Positions 14,353 to 25,353 of a stretch of DNA of 64,000 nucleotides are shown here, one piece after another. This stretch comes from Eledone cirrhosa (lineage: Eukaryota): the NCBI GenBank assembly GCA_964016885.1, contig OZ024746.1, positions 97,340,001 to 97,404,000 on the forward strand, given 5' to 3'. Within the stretch, counting starts at the first letter, position 1. Each line of letters opens with the position of its first letter. A model generated the notes under the pieces. The model saw only the letters and a program-made list of their open reading frames with translations, was not told where the DNA came from and ran no database searches. Made by a program: the position numbers and the translations under genes.

Positions 14353-14630
14353 AAGGATATATGAGATAATGTAGACTAAAAAGAAATCAAAACAAAAAAA
14401 CAACAACTTGGTCTCAGCTGAAATGCCTTTGATCATATAAGTTTGATGAGGGTTGTCCTGGGGTCTATACAATAAGTAAGGAATGGATATTTATGGACAA
14501 ATGACATGAAGCTAACAACTTTAGTAACAAAAAACATATAGCTTATTTTGCAATATTATGTGAGACTCTCTAGGAACAAAGTATAACTGATTTGATATCT
14601 ACCTGTAAAGATAATATAAACATTTAGTAC

Positions 14631-15286
14631 AAAACAGTACTATAACTACATCAAATAAACATTAAAGTATTTACTATAATACTAACAATATAAAACAGTA
14701 CTATAACTATATCAAATAAACATTAAAATCTTTACTATAATACTAACAATATAAAACAGTACTATAACTATATCAAATAAACATTAAAGTATTTACTATA
14801 ATACTAACAATACAAAACAGTACTATAACTATATCAAATAAACATTAAAGTATTTACTATAATACTAACAATATAAAACAGTACTATAACTATATCAAAT
14901 AAACATTAAAGTATTTACTATAATACTAACAATACAAAACAGTACTATAACTATATCAAATAAACATTAAAGTATTTACTATAATACTAACAATATAAAA
15001 CAGTACTATAACTATATCAAATAAACATTAAAGTATTTACTATAATACTAACAATACAAAACAGTACTATAACTATATCAAATAAACATTAAAGTATTTA
15101 CTATAATACTAACAATATAAAACAGTACTATAACTATATCAAATAAACATTAAAATCTTTACTATAATACTAACAATACAAAACAGTACTATAACTATAT
15201 CAAATAAACATTAAAATCTTTACTATAATACTAACAATACAAAACAGTACTATGGCTGCCTCACAATAAACATTAAAATCTTTACT
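14631..15286. repeat. 61-bp minisatellite, ~10.7 copies
   Basis: Unit aaaacagtactataactatatcaaataaacattaaagtatttactataatactaacaat(a)(t/c); aaaacagtac recurs at 14631 and 15241, 610 bp apart (10 units). Confidence 0.95.
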
Positions 15287-15924
15287 GATTTGGTTTCACA
15301 GAAAAAGATAGCAAATTCAAAGTCTTCTTCTTTGCACACTTATTCCTGAGAGGGTCATGGGCACAGAGTCCTCAAACACTGCTTAGGATGAAAGCATAAC
15401 AGAAGTGGCACTGGCTGGTGGGGGAGCAATGCAAAGAGAAAGCCTGATATGACAAATGCTGGCTAGTAAAAATGAGGGGGTGATGACTACCTGCCAAGAC
15501 TAGGGTGGAGGTGTGATGGGAGCAGGGGAAGATTAATAAAATTGGTGGATATATACAGAAATCTATGTGGACAACGTCTTACGATGAGTATAGGGTGGGT
15601 GGGAAAGCATCAGAAGTTGGTTAGGTACTGAGAGATCCTGAGCTGTGCCTGTTAACCTGGTATAACATGTTGTCAAACTCACAACAAACTCAATATCTCT
15701 AAAGTCCATTGTATCCAAATCAAAATTGTTAGCCCATCTTTCTGATTTAATCTTTCAACTAGAATCTCAAGTGCTTTAGCTTTAGTCTGTCCCTGATAGA
15801 GAGCTCAAAGTTACAGCAAGTGTCTGTTTCTCATCTGTAACATCTCTCATATATCGCTATGTCTCCAATTCATTTTTCCAACCTTTATATATGCTTTCAC
15901 TCATCAAAACTGAAGAGTTTTGAT

Positions 15925-15959
<35 letters not shown>

Positions 15960-17286
15960 CGTTTATCGTCCATCTTCCACGCTAGCATTGGTTGGACAGT
16001 TTTGTACTACTTGAAGCAAGAGTGGTCGGGAGACTGTCTCGCTCATACAGGACTGTTTCTGGCAAGTTTTCTATGGCTGGATGCCCTTCCTAACACCAAC
16101 TGAAATACCCATGTGCCATATTTTCTTTTTAACAGAAGTATTGTGTGGTAATCTTTTCATGGTAGCAGAATGTATAATCTCTTCTCTTGTGTATAATCCG
16201 AGTCCAACTGACATACTATACCTTGTTAACTGTACCCAGTAATATTGGTATTTAGGTACAGTTGGTATGAGTGATAAAAGCACACGGCCTTCTGGGTAGG
16301 GTATTGGGCTCACAATCATAAGTTCATGAGTTCAATTCTGGGTGGTGCATTGTGTCCTTGAGCAAGACACTTTATTTCATGTTGCTTCAGTCTGCTCAGC
16401 TGAAGAAATGAGTTGAGACCTACCTACATGCCACTTGAAATTTATGATAAATAAAAGCATTAATTTATATATAATAAATACTATGTATAAATAACTATTA
16501 TATTTTTTTATTTTACTATATTTATATATAATTGTTTCTACTTTTGGCACAAGGCCAGCAATTACCCAGTACATTACTGGTACTTTATTTTATTGACCCT
16601 GTAAAGATGAAAGGCAAAGTTGACCTCTGCAGGATTTGAACTCAGAATGGCAAGGGCTGTAACTCTATGCGTCAAAGCATGGCGTCCGATCATCTACTGA
16701 TACTGCCAATCCACCGTATCATTTGATATTTAATACACTATTTGTTGTGCGAGAGTATGACACCCCTCTGGTGAAAATGGGCTGGACCACTAAATATAAA
16801 TAGTAGCGACCTGAGTACTTGGGTACGTTGGTACTAGTTCCACCGTTCGTGTGTTGATAGTCGAAGCTGGAGTTCAAGTTCACAGTTCGAGTTAGTGTGT
16901 TGGATTGTTGGTTCTTAAAAGATTGTTCCATTACGTATGGTTATTGCTGTTTGTCTTGATTATATTGTTATTACACTTTTGCACTGCCTTCCTTTATCCA
17001 CCACCCCCTTAGGCCCCACCACCCCTTGGACCTTCTCAAAGCACCCCAAGGGAGGGGGGGTCACCCACTTTGAGAACCTCTGTATTAACCCCATTAATAC
17101 TATGTTTCTAATGAAAGACAGAAAGACATTGCCTTTGATTTTCAAATCGTTTTGCAAATCATCAAGAAATTAAAGAGATTTAGTAATATAACTAATTTCT
17201 TGATATTTATCTGACATTTGGGGCATAACGTAATAAATATTCTTAAATAAAATTATGGTGCATGTTTTCAGATAATTCTAAATACT

Positions 17287-17500
17287 TTAACCCTTTAGCA
17301 TTTAAACCAGCTGTACTAGCCAGAATTCTCTCAACTCTTTCTGTTCAAACCAGCTGTAACTGGCTACTCATACTGATGTTAAGGTATGTTCTCAAAATAA
17401 ATAATATCAAAATCTCATAGATTTGATATTATGTAAGATAAAGCCTTTGCCACGAAAATACAATAGTAAATATAGAGTAATGTAAATGCTAAAGGGTTAA
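17287..17500. mobile_element. piggyBac-like MITE
   Basis: TTAA|CCCTTTAGCATTTA ... TAAATGCTAAAGGG|TTAA: perfect TIR and TTAA TSD. Confidence 0.85.
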
Positions 17501-18133
17501 TCATATAATTGCATAAGGTGGAACAATGGCTAGATTCAAGCAATTGCATTTCTAAAGAGTTTCTTTACCTTTAAAACAATACTGAAGCAGAAACAGCATG
17601 ACATGTGAGACAACTGGCTTTTTAATTACAGTTATAATCAATCATATGCATTTCCACACAGTTTCTAGTTATCCACAGTTGTGTTAATAGATAGATATGA
17701 TAGAAAACACCTGTCTAAGATACCTCACGGCGGGATTCAATTATAGACAACATATTTGCAAAGGAAATTTTTTAACCACTTCTTTGGTGATCAAGCTGGA
17801 AGGTCAGACTCTGGAAATTGTAGACTCATTGAAATGTGCAGGAGAGGATTAGTGATCTCGATATCAATAGCAACATGGAAACTGGTGTGATATAGAAACA
17901 TGACTAAGATGCAGCTGTCATCCAGTGCTAACCCACTCCCTCCATTAACCAAGGCAACAAACTCTACCTGCATACGTCTGTCATCATGCTTATGCATACA
18001 CACATACAAACATACATATATATATATACATATACACACATACATATATATATATACATACACACACACACATTCACATATATATATATATATATATATA
18101 CATATATATACACAAACATATATATATATGATG

Positions 18134-18476
18134 GAGGCACATGGCTTAGTGGTTAGAGCATTGGCCTTGCAAACGAAAGGTTGTGACTTCAATTCTCAGA
18201 CCGGATGGTGTGTTGTTTCCTTGAGCAAGACACTTTATTTCACATTGCTCCAGTTTACTCAGCTGTAGAAATGAGATGATAGGGACTGGGGTCCCTATCA
18301 TTCCACTGTAAAGTGGTCGTGGAGGTGCCACGGCAAAAAAGCACCCAGCACTCACTGTAAATGAGGTTGGTGTTAGGAAGGGCATCCAGCTGTAGAAATC
18401 AAGCCAAAATCAGCTCCCGTCCCACCCTTGCAAGCAGGGAAAAAGTGGACGTAAAATGAAATGATGATGATGATGA
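18134..18476 (+). mobile_element. SINE family B: tRNA head + CORE-like domain + RTE-derived tail ending (GAT)n
   Basis: TGGCTTAGTGG (A box)..GACTTCAATTC (B-box-like); CCTTGAGCAAGACACTTTATTTCAC..CTCAGCTGTAGAAATGAG resembles the MIR CORE; the tail AGGAAGGGCATCCAGCTGTAGAAA is also in the RTE 3'UTR at 56870-56905. Other copies at 19845-20192(-), 31011-31398(+), 39165-39490(-), 43546-43995(+) and 57874-58316(+); tail-only copies at 52980-53210(-) and 59478-59712(-). Confidence 0.85.
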
Positions 18477-18482
18477 TATATA

Positions 18483-18692
18483 TTATTAGAAAGTGAGGTT
18501 TTTTTACAAAATGAAAGATAACCGAGGTGTCCTACACGAGTGAAAGTATAAAGAAAAAAAGATGAAATCGAAAAAAGCAACTGGAGTCTTATTTAAAATA
18601 AAAACATATATTTATTTGGTTCCTTTACCGGTTTCGCAGTTCTTCATCTTTTCAAAAGTAGAGTTGAGATGGAGGGTCTGTGGTTTTTCTCA
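18483..18692 (-). mobile_element. Penelope-like pLTR fragment, family C (hammerhead variant at 18623-18658)
   Basis: Reverse complement of 32135-32343; flanked by (TA)n; UUGAAAA..GAAACCGGUA motif with a decayed stem II. Confidence 0.6.
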
Positions 18693-18765
18693 TATATATA
18701 TATACATACACACATTCACATATATATATATATAAAGATATACACAAACATATATATATATATAC

Positions 18766-18808
<43 letters not shown>

Positions 18809-18809
<1 letters not shown>

Positions 18810-19201
18810 GAGGGCAATCCCAAAAGTAAAGTCTCCTTCCGATATTGCAACTTTTCCATTAAAATCCTGTGGATGGTACTTCGGGAAACTTCAGGAACCA
18901 AAATGCAGAGAGCATCCAGAGTGATCCGCCGATCTTTACGCATGTTTTCCTTGGAAGGAGACCTTACTTTTGGGATTGCCCTTGTATATAATAACTGCAC
19001 GAAATTCGCAATTGGCGGTAGCATTCAACGGGAGCTCCATTCTCAACAGCTGCCAAGCCAAGATTGAGCAACCCAGCGAAGTGCGCGCATGCTTGTTTGG
19101 GAGTGAAGGAAGCACCAATCACAACAGTGTGCCAACAGCTATACGAACAGTTTCTCTGCGTCCCCATCACTTTGGAGACCTTACTTTTGGGATTGCCCTC
19201 G
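18809..19201 (-). mobile_element. mariner-derived composite non-autonomous element with three TIRs
   Basis: TIR CGAGGGCAATCCCAAAAGTAA(A/G)GTCTCC at 18809, inverted at 18957-18984 and 19174-19201, each abutting TA; transposase remnants [17 protein letters not shown] and [32 protein letters not shown] (mariner HTH). Confidence 0.85.
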
Positions 19202-19210
19202 TATATATAC

Positions 19211-19522
19211 AATAATATTAAATAAATGGAAACTATATTTATAAAACCATATTTATTCTATTATATATATTTCAAGGGTACCAAAACTTGCAAGGGTAGA
19301 ACGGGAACTGATTCTGGCTTGATTTCTACAGCTGGGTGCCCTTCCTAACACCAAAACTTTGGTACCCTTGAAATATATATAATAGAATAAATATGGTTTT
19401 ATAAATATAGTTTCCATTTATTTAATTTCATTGAATATTATACTCTAAAAACTTGTTGAGTGCTTTGAATCAGTTATAAACATTTATATTTGTTGAATTA
19501 CCAACAAATTAAATATCCCTTT
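19211..19522 (+). mobile_element. Palindromic pLTR element, family D (3' half of hammerhead; SINE fragment at apex)
   Basis: Inverted arms 19211-19285 / 19358-19430; right arm UGGUACCCUU GAA AUAUAUAU A AUAGAAUA is homologous to the intact hammerheads at 43413 and 45763. Confidence 0.75.
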
Positions 19523-19708
19523 TGCTTATATATATATATATATACACACACTCACATATATATATATACACACACATATATATTCTCCAAGATGGCTCAC
19601 TGAATATGCATGTATTTTTTTTTCACCCCAAATTTTTCTCTCACTTTTCCCCCCGTTCCTATCTCTCATCACTCTTTACTTTCTATTTATCTTCTATTTC
19701 TAACTCTA

Positions 19709-19744
19709 TCTTCTGATGAAGGACTAGAGTCTGAAACGTTAAGA
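19709..19744 (+). ncRNA. Minimal type I hammerhead ribozyme
   Basis: UCUU CUGAUGA A GGAC-UAGA-GUCU GAA ACGU U^AAGA: stem I UCUU/AAGA, stem II 4 bp, palindromic ACGU stem III, cleavage triplet GUU; lies within a TA-flanked element at 19585-19840. Confidence 0.75.
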
Positions 19745-20269
19745 CTCTCTTCCAGCTATTTCAAGTGTTAAACTAATATATTTCTTCCATGTACTGTGCC
19801 ATTTGTTTTTGTTATTTTTCTTATTTCTCTTTACCTTTTACATATCATCATCATCATCATCATCATCAGTTTGCGTCCACTTTTCCCTGCTTGCAAGGGT
19901 GGGACGGGAACTGATTCTGGCTTGATTTCTACAGCTGGATGCCCTTCCTAACACCAACCTCATTTACAGTGTGGGCTGGGTGCTTTTTTTGCTGTGGCAC
20001 CCCCACGACCACTTTGCAGTGAAATCATAGGGACACCAGTCCTATCATCTCATTTCTACAGCTGAGTAAACTGGAGCAATGTGAAATAAAGTCTCTTGCT
20101 CAAAGAAACAACACATCACCCGGTTTGAGAATTGAACTCACAACCTTTCGATTGCAAGGTCAATGCTCTAACCACTAAGCGATGTGCCTCCATAAAACTA
20201 TATGTATATATATGAACAAAATTTGTTTTCGCTCTTAACATGCTGGATACCTAAATGTTTTCGTAAGTG

Positions 20270-20990
20270 AATAACAATAATATGTTATCCAACCATCTTG
20301 CTCGGGGTCTACCCCCGTTTCTCCTGCCAGTTGGTTTTGCCTATAAAATCTGTCCAGCGATTCTTTTCTGATACATTCTAACCACATGCTCATAGTATCG
20401 GAGTTGTGATCTCTCAATTCAGAGAAGTAGCGGCTCTACCTGGAGTGACTCTCTGATCTCTGAGCTACACACATTATCGAGTAATGTTGCTCCAAAGACC
20501 CTCTGGAGGAATCCCATTTCAGTCGCTTGTATTCACAATCGTGTTCTTTCAGTCATTACTCAAGATTCATGACCATAGGTAAGGGTTGGCACGAAAATCG
20601 AATTGAAGAAAGTGAGTTTGGCTTTTACACCTACCTCCTTTCTTTTAATCACTGAATCCTGAAGCTGGCACATTACTGCACCAGCTTTTGCAATTCTTGC
20701 ACTTAGTTCAGCCTCCTGCCTTCTATTACTCATGAACATGACCCTGAGATAGTTAAACTTCTCTACCTGCTTCAGTGGAACTCTCTTCACTATAGAATGC
20801 ACTGTGCAGGCTTCCTTGAGAGGATGAGTGTCTCAGTTTTAGCAGCACTGATTTTCATTCCAGCCACGCAACACTCGGCATCAAACCTATCAAGTGCAAG
20901 TCGAAGATCACCATCAGTCAAGTCACCCGACTGATTTTACACCCAGCAGTCATGATACCCCTTCCAACCCAGCTGCACATGTCAATCCTG
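20270..20990 (-). mobile_element. Decayed RTE LINE fragment (RT C-terminus/thumb)
   Basis: ORF remnant LKQVEKFNYL..ELSARIAKAGAVM..KAKLTFFNSIFVPTLTYGHES. Confidence 0.8.
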
Positions 20991-21714
20991 TTCACGTAAA
21001 TAATTGTTTCTACTTTTGGCACCAGGCCAAAGAGAAGAGGTGACAGTACACACCTTTGATGGAGTCCAACTCCCATATTCATTTACTTATTAATTTATTA
21101 GCAGCTGTAACACTGCTCTGACCTAGGTGTAGAGTCTGTCATCCTATCCCCTTCCCTATATATCTAGCAGTCCTTGCTCTTCCCCTCCTTTTCCTCTAAC
21201 ATATGGCATTTATAGTCCTTTCCAATGCTGCTCTCTGTATGTTTACATAATTCTAGTAAGATATGAACATTTTGATGTTTATTTCTATATAAGACTTTTT
21301 TTAAATCCTTTAAAAGAACCTCTTTATCTATTTACCTTCTAATTTCTGTGTGTTTGTGAGCCTAGACAGCTTTACCCTAACCTCACTTCTTCATTCTTTT
21401 ATATTTATGCACTCATTATTTGTAAGGCTTGTGCGCATACATGTATGACTTTTTATGCACCCATGATTTATATGTGCTTGTGTGCACACATGTATGAATA
21501 TTTTATGCACCCATGATTTATATGTGCATGAATGAATGTATGTGTATGTGTATATGTATGTGTGTGCATGCATATATGAGTATGTGTAGTATGTATACAT
21601 AATATACATCTTTTACTAAAAGTGTCCCCCTCCTATTAGTCACTAATTTATCTATCTACTTATTCATTTTTAAATTTTACTTCATCTTATTTCTCCATTT
21701 ACATAATCTTTTTT

Positions 21715-22110
21715 TTTTAAATAAAAAAGATATTTTATTTTCAATAAATCAATTCACAGTTGTATAAATAACATTACAAATATTGATGGAAATATGAAAG
21801 AAAAAGAAAAAAAAGAGAAAAAAATAAGAATATAAACAAGCAATGAACAGAGGGGGGAAGGGAGTAAAGAAAGGCAGGGGAGAGAGGAAGGGGAAAGTGG
21901 AGGGGGAGAGTGGAAGAGGGTGTGTGAAAGGCTAAGGGGAGTGTGAAAGGCTAAAGGCCTCGGGTGGGGCAGTATTTAGGCTGTGCCCCGTGGACCAAAC
22001 TGCAATGGTATTTCTGCGGACAATGACCAGTAACACCCACTGCACCTACCACACTACCTCACTGGGTTCCTTCCTGAGATGAACTGCTGACTATTCATTT
22101 ATTTATTGTT
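21715..22110 (-). mobile_element. 3' end of a CRE/Cnl1-type RLE non-LTR retrotransposon (decayed)
   Basis: Minus translation SAVHLRKEPSEVVW*VQWVLLVIVRRNT resembles the CRE C-terminal motif (D/E)PRExxWLxQRxSxAIxRGNA; a pyrimidine-rich 3'UTR follows. Confidence 0.55.
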
Positions 22111-22484
22111 TGGCGCCATGCAGTTGTACAGAAGACCTGCCATTCCTTGCATACAAACCTACAGTCAGTAGGGACCTCTAAACCCAATATACACCCCACC
22201 CCACACACCATGCCCTGTCTTCCCATTTCCATCCACTGTGTCGGTGACACAACAAACAGCACTCAGTTCACGGTAAAAAGGCTCCCAGTCCACACTGTGA
22301 AAGATGTTGGTATTAGGAAGGGCATCCAGCTGTAGAAAACATGCCAGAGACACTTCCGTATGAGCGGGACATGGTCTCCTGACCATTCCTGCATCAAATA
22401 GAACAAAACCATCTAACCCATGCTAGTGTGGAAGATGGGCGTTAAACGATGATGATGATGATTGTTGTTTATAAAAATGATAAT

Positions 22485-22850
22485 TAGAGTTTTATTGTAA
22501 AGAAGAGTTTCACAAATGAGAAAATAGGGAAAGGGTAGAGAAGAGCAGATCTGGCTGTAAGGGAAAGTAGAGGAAAGGACAATGAAAGCCATAAATGAGA
22601 GGAAAAGGAAGAAGAAAGCAAGGACTCTAGGGCTACAGAAGAAAGGGAAAGAGAAGGGAGAAGGTGATGGGATCTATGCCTGGGGCTGGGCGGTGTTGGG
22701 GCTATGCCCCATGGACAAGAACACAAAAGCATTTCCACGAATGATGGCCAGCAACACCCACTCCGCCTCGCGGGGATTCTTCCTCAGATGGGCTGCTGAC
22801 TTTCTGATCTTGCAGAGGTGCTCAGCAGTACGGGGCCGAGGACACCTGAG
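22485..22850 (-). mobile_element. 3' end of a CRE/Cnl1-type RLE non-LTR retrotransposon
   Basis: Minus translation SGVLGP / ..SAAHLRKNPREAEWVLLAIIRGNAFVFLS with the AIxRGNA motif; paralogous to 21715-22110. Confidence 0.65.
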
Positions 22851-23685
22851 ATTTTTATTTATTTCTATATAATCCTTTTAATACTTTCTTTAAAAAGCTC
22901 TTTATCTATTTACCTTCTAATTCCCTTTTATGTATGCCTGTAGATAGCATTACCTCTGGCCCCTTCCATCTCTTATTCTTATGCCCCTATATAGCTCTTC
23001 TCCTTCCCTTCCCCCCCTTAACCCATAGCCATTTCTACCCCCACATACATACATTATTTCCTTACCCTGACTCCCATCCAGCATTGCAGCTTGTTATTCA
23101 TGTTTCAGACCATTTTCATTTTAGAATAATATTACGATTTTCTTTGTTAAACAAAGATGGCACATGAGACTAGTTCCTGTGCCGCTATGTTTTAAGCAAC
23201 TGCAGAATCAAAAATAAACCATGATATTTTAAAGGAGTAGTCACTGTAATCCTGTATTCTCCAAATATAACTAGAGGGGCACGTAGAATCTTTTCTGTCT
23301 AGATTGACAATTGAGTGTCTGTGTGAGTAAAGCCAAGTTTTGAAGCTGTTTGCAGTTAATCTCATATAAGATATTTAACCACCATTCAACTCTACCTGAG
23401 CACCAAAGAATCAGTGTCAAATTGAGAGGGCAGTTATATGGATGCCTGGCTTAATCTTCACTAATGACAAATCTGTGAGATTTATGTTTGTCATGACTTT
23501 AATTTTTGTTTCAGATCCCCAGAAACTTTGCATGCTCTATGATTCCTTTTATTTACTATTAATCAGACATTATTTCCATATCATAACAAAGCCTTAGATA
23601 TTCTTTAGATATTGGTATATGCAACATAAAGTATATAATATGACAGTAATATCATCACCATCATCATCATCATCATCATCATCCT

Positions 23686-25353
23686 TTAACCCTTTAGCAT
23701 TTATATTACTCTATTTATAATATTAGGCCTGGAGAGGGATCGGCTCTGCCAGGCTTAAAATACCCAAGACATGCTGTATGTCAATACGGGGCTACTATGA
23801 CTCTATCAGGCGTTACGGAACCATACATACATATTTACTATTGTATTTTTGTGGTAAAGGCTTTATCTAAACTATAATAAAGGAAGGTCTATGTACGAAG
23901 GGATTGCATAAGGTTTTTTTTTTTATCCTGTTTGTAAAATAAGTTGGATTACTTTCAATAAATAATGAATGAATATTACATAATTTATGTACTCAATTTC
24001 GTAAACAAAAATAATTTCGTAAAAATAAATAATTTAAAATTTACTTCTTTTCAAAGTTGCCCTTCCGGTATATTGTCGCCACCCCCACTTCAACTACCAT
24101 ATATATAGAAAGAGAGAGTGTGTGATGAGAGAGATAGACAGATTATGATTTTCTACACCTGACGCATATGATTGTGCACATACATACATCTATATGTATG
24201 AGTATATAACTATTATGAGTCGAATGAGGCCGTCAACTTGACCTGTGCATGAACCAGCCTTTAGTAGAAGCGGAAGTAAACATAGACGTGTTGTCTATCA
24301 CGCCACTAAAAATAGCAGCTAAATAAAACAACGGAATCATGCAAACACAAACTTATAAAAATACACTCTCACGGACATAATTCACACAAATACAAATACT
24401 TTCACACAAATATACATACTTTCATACATATACATTTACACAAACACACACATAGTCATGATAGTATTCAGTTTAATTGGAAATGTGAGGCTAAAACAAG
24501 TATAACGTTTTATTTATTTATTAACTCTTTATTAATTTATTAACTCTTTTTTTTTAAACTCATTTAATGTAATGGTTACAGAAGGAAAACACTAACAAAT
24601 ATAATCTAAACTATAAGCAAGGAGCGTGGGACTGCATCCAGAATATAATTTTTTATCCCGTTTGTAAAATAAGTTGCATTATTTTGAATAAATAATTGTT
24701 TCTACTTTTGGTACAAGGCCAGCAATTACCCAATGCATTACTGGTACTTTATTCTATCGACCCCAGAAGGATGAAAGGCAAAGTTAACCTGAATAAATAA
24801 TGAATGAATATTACATAATTTATCTACTAAATTTCGTGCTGTTCATTAAATATATTTTATTATTTATTTAAAGATTCACTTCTTTAAAATTTTCAAATGT
24901 CAACACTTCCGGTGGCGATCGCTTAAATAAACATATTAATTTTCTGTCACTAATTTTCTCCTAATGCAGTTTATATATAATATCGTCTTTTTTTTAATGT
25001 ATCATGGATTACATTACTGATTACATAAGACAGTGTAACGTAGTCTTCGTTCAATTTCTGTGTATATTGTCAATTACGATTTTATTTGATGTATCATATC
25101 TCCATGAATATATACTTGCGTATAATATCAATATACACACTACACATGCTAGCAGAAAACCACCCGGAGGGTGGTTTTTCTGCTAGTTTTACATAATTAT
25201 CTCACATAATATTGAATCTATGAGATTTTGATGTTATTTATTTTGAGAACAATACCTTAATGCCAGGATGAGTGGCCAGCTGTGATTGATTTGAACAGAA
25301 AGAGGTGTGATAATACTGACCAGATATGACCTATTTAAATGCTAAAGGGTTCA
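23686..25353. mobile_element. piggyBac-like MITE split by nested insertions
   Basis: TTAA|CCCTTTAGCATTTA at 23686 and TAAATGCTAAAGGG at 25336-25349; the internal host sequence resumes after 25186. Confidence 0.7.
23866..25186 (+). mobile_element. Non-autonomous Helitron with duplicated 5' end
   Basis: Starts A|TCTAAACTATAA (second 5' end TCTAAACTATAA at 24605) and ends with hairpin CTAGCAGAAAACCACCC..GGGTGGTTTTTCTG followed by CTAG|T; inserted at an AT without TSD. Confidence 0.7.

Noticed and set aside
14631-15286. CRISPR-like periodicity
   Set aside because: Units are contiguous with no unique spacers, there are no cas genes, and the context is eukaryotic.
16484-16975. Solo LTR (TGTA..TATAAATAG..TTACA)
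   Set aside because: No matching TSD, PBS or second copy found; left as unclassified.
18134-18205. tRNA genes
   Set aside because: A/B-box heads continue into SINE core and tail; they are SINE heads, and a full cloverleaf was not supported.
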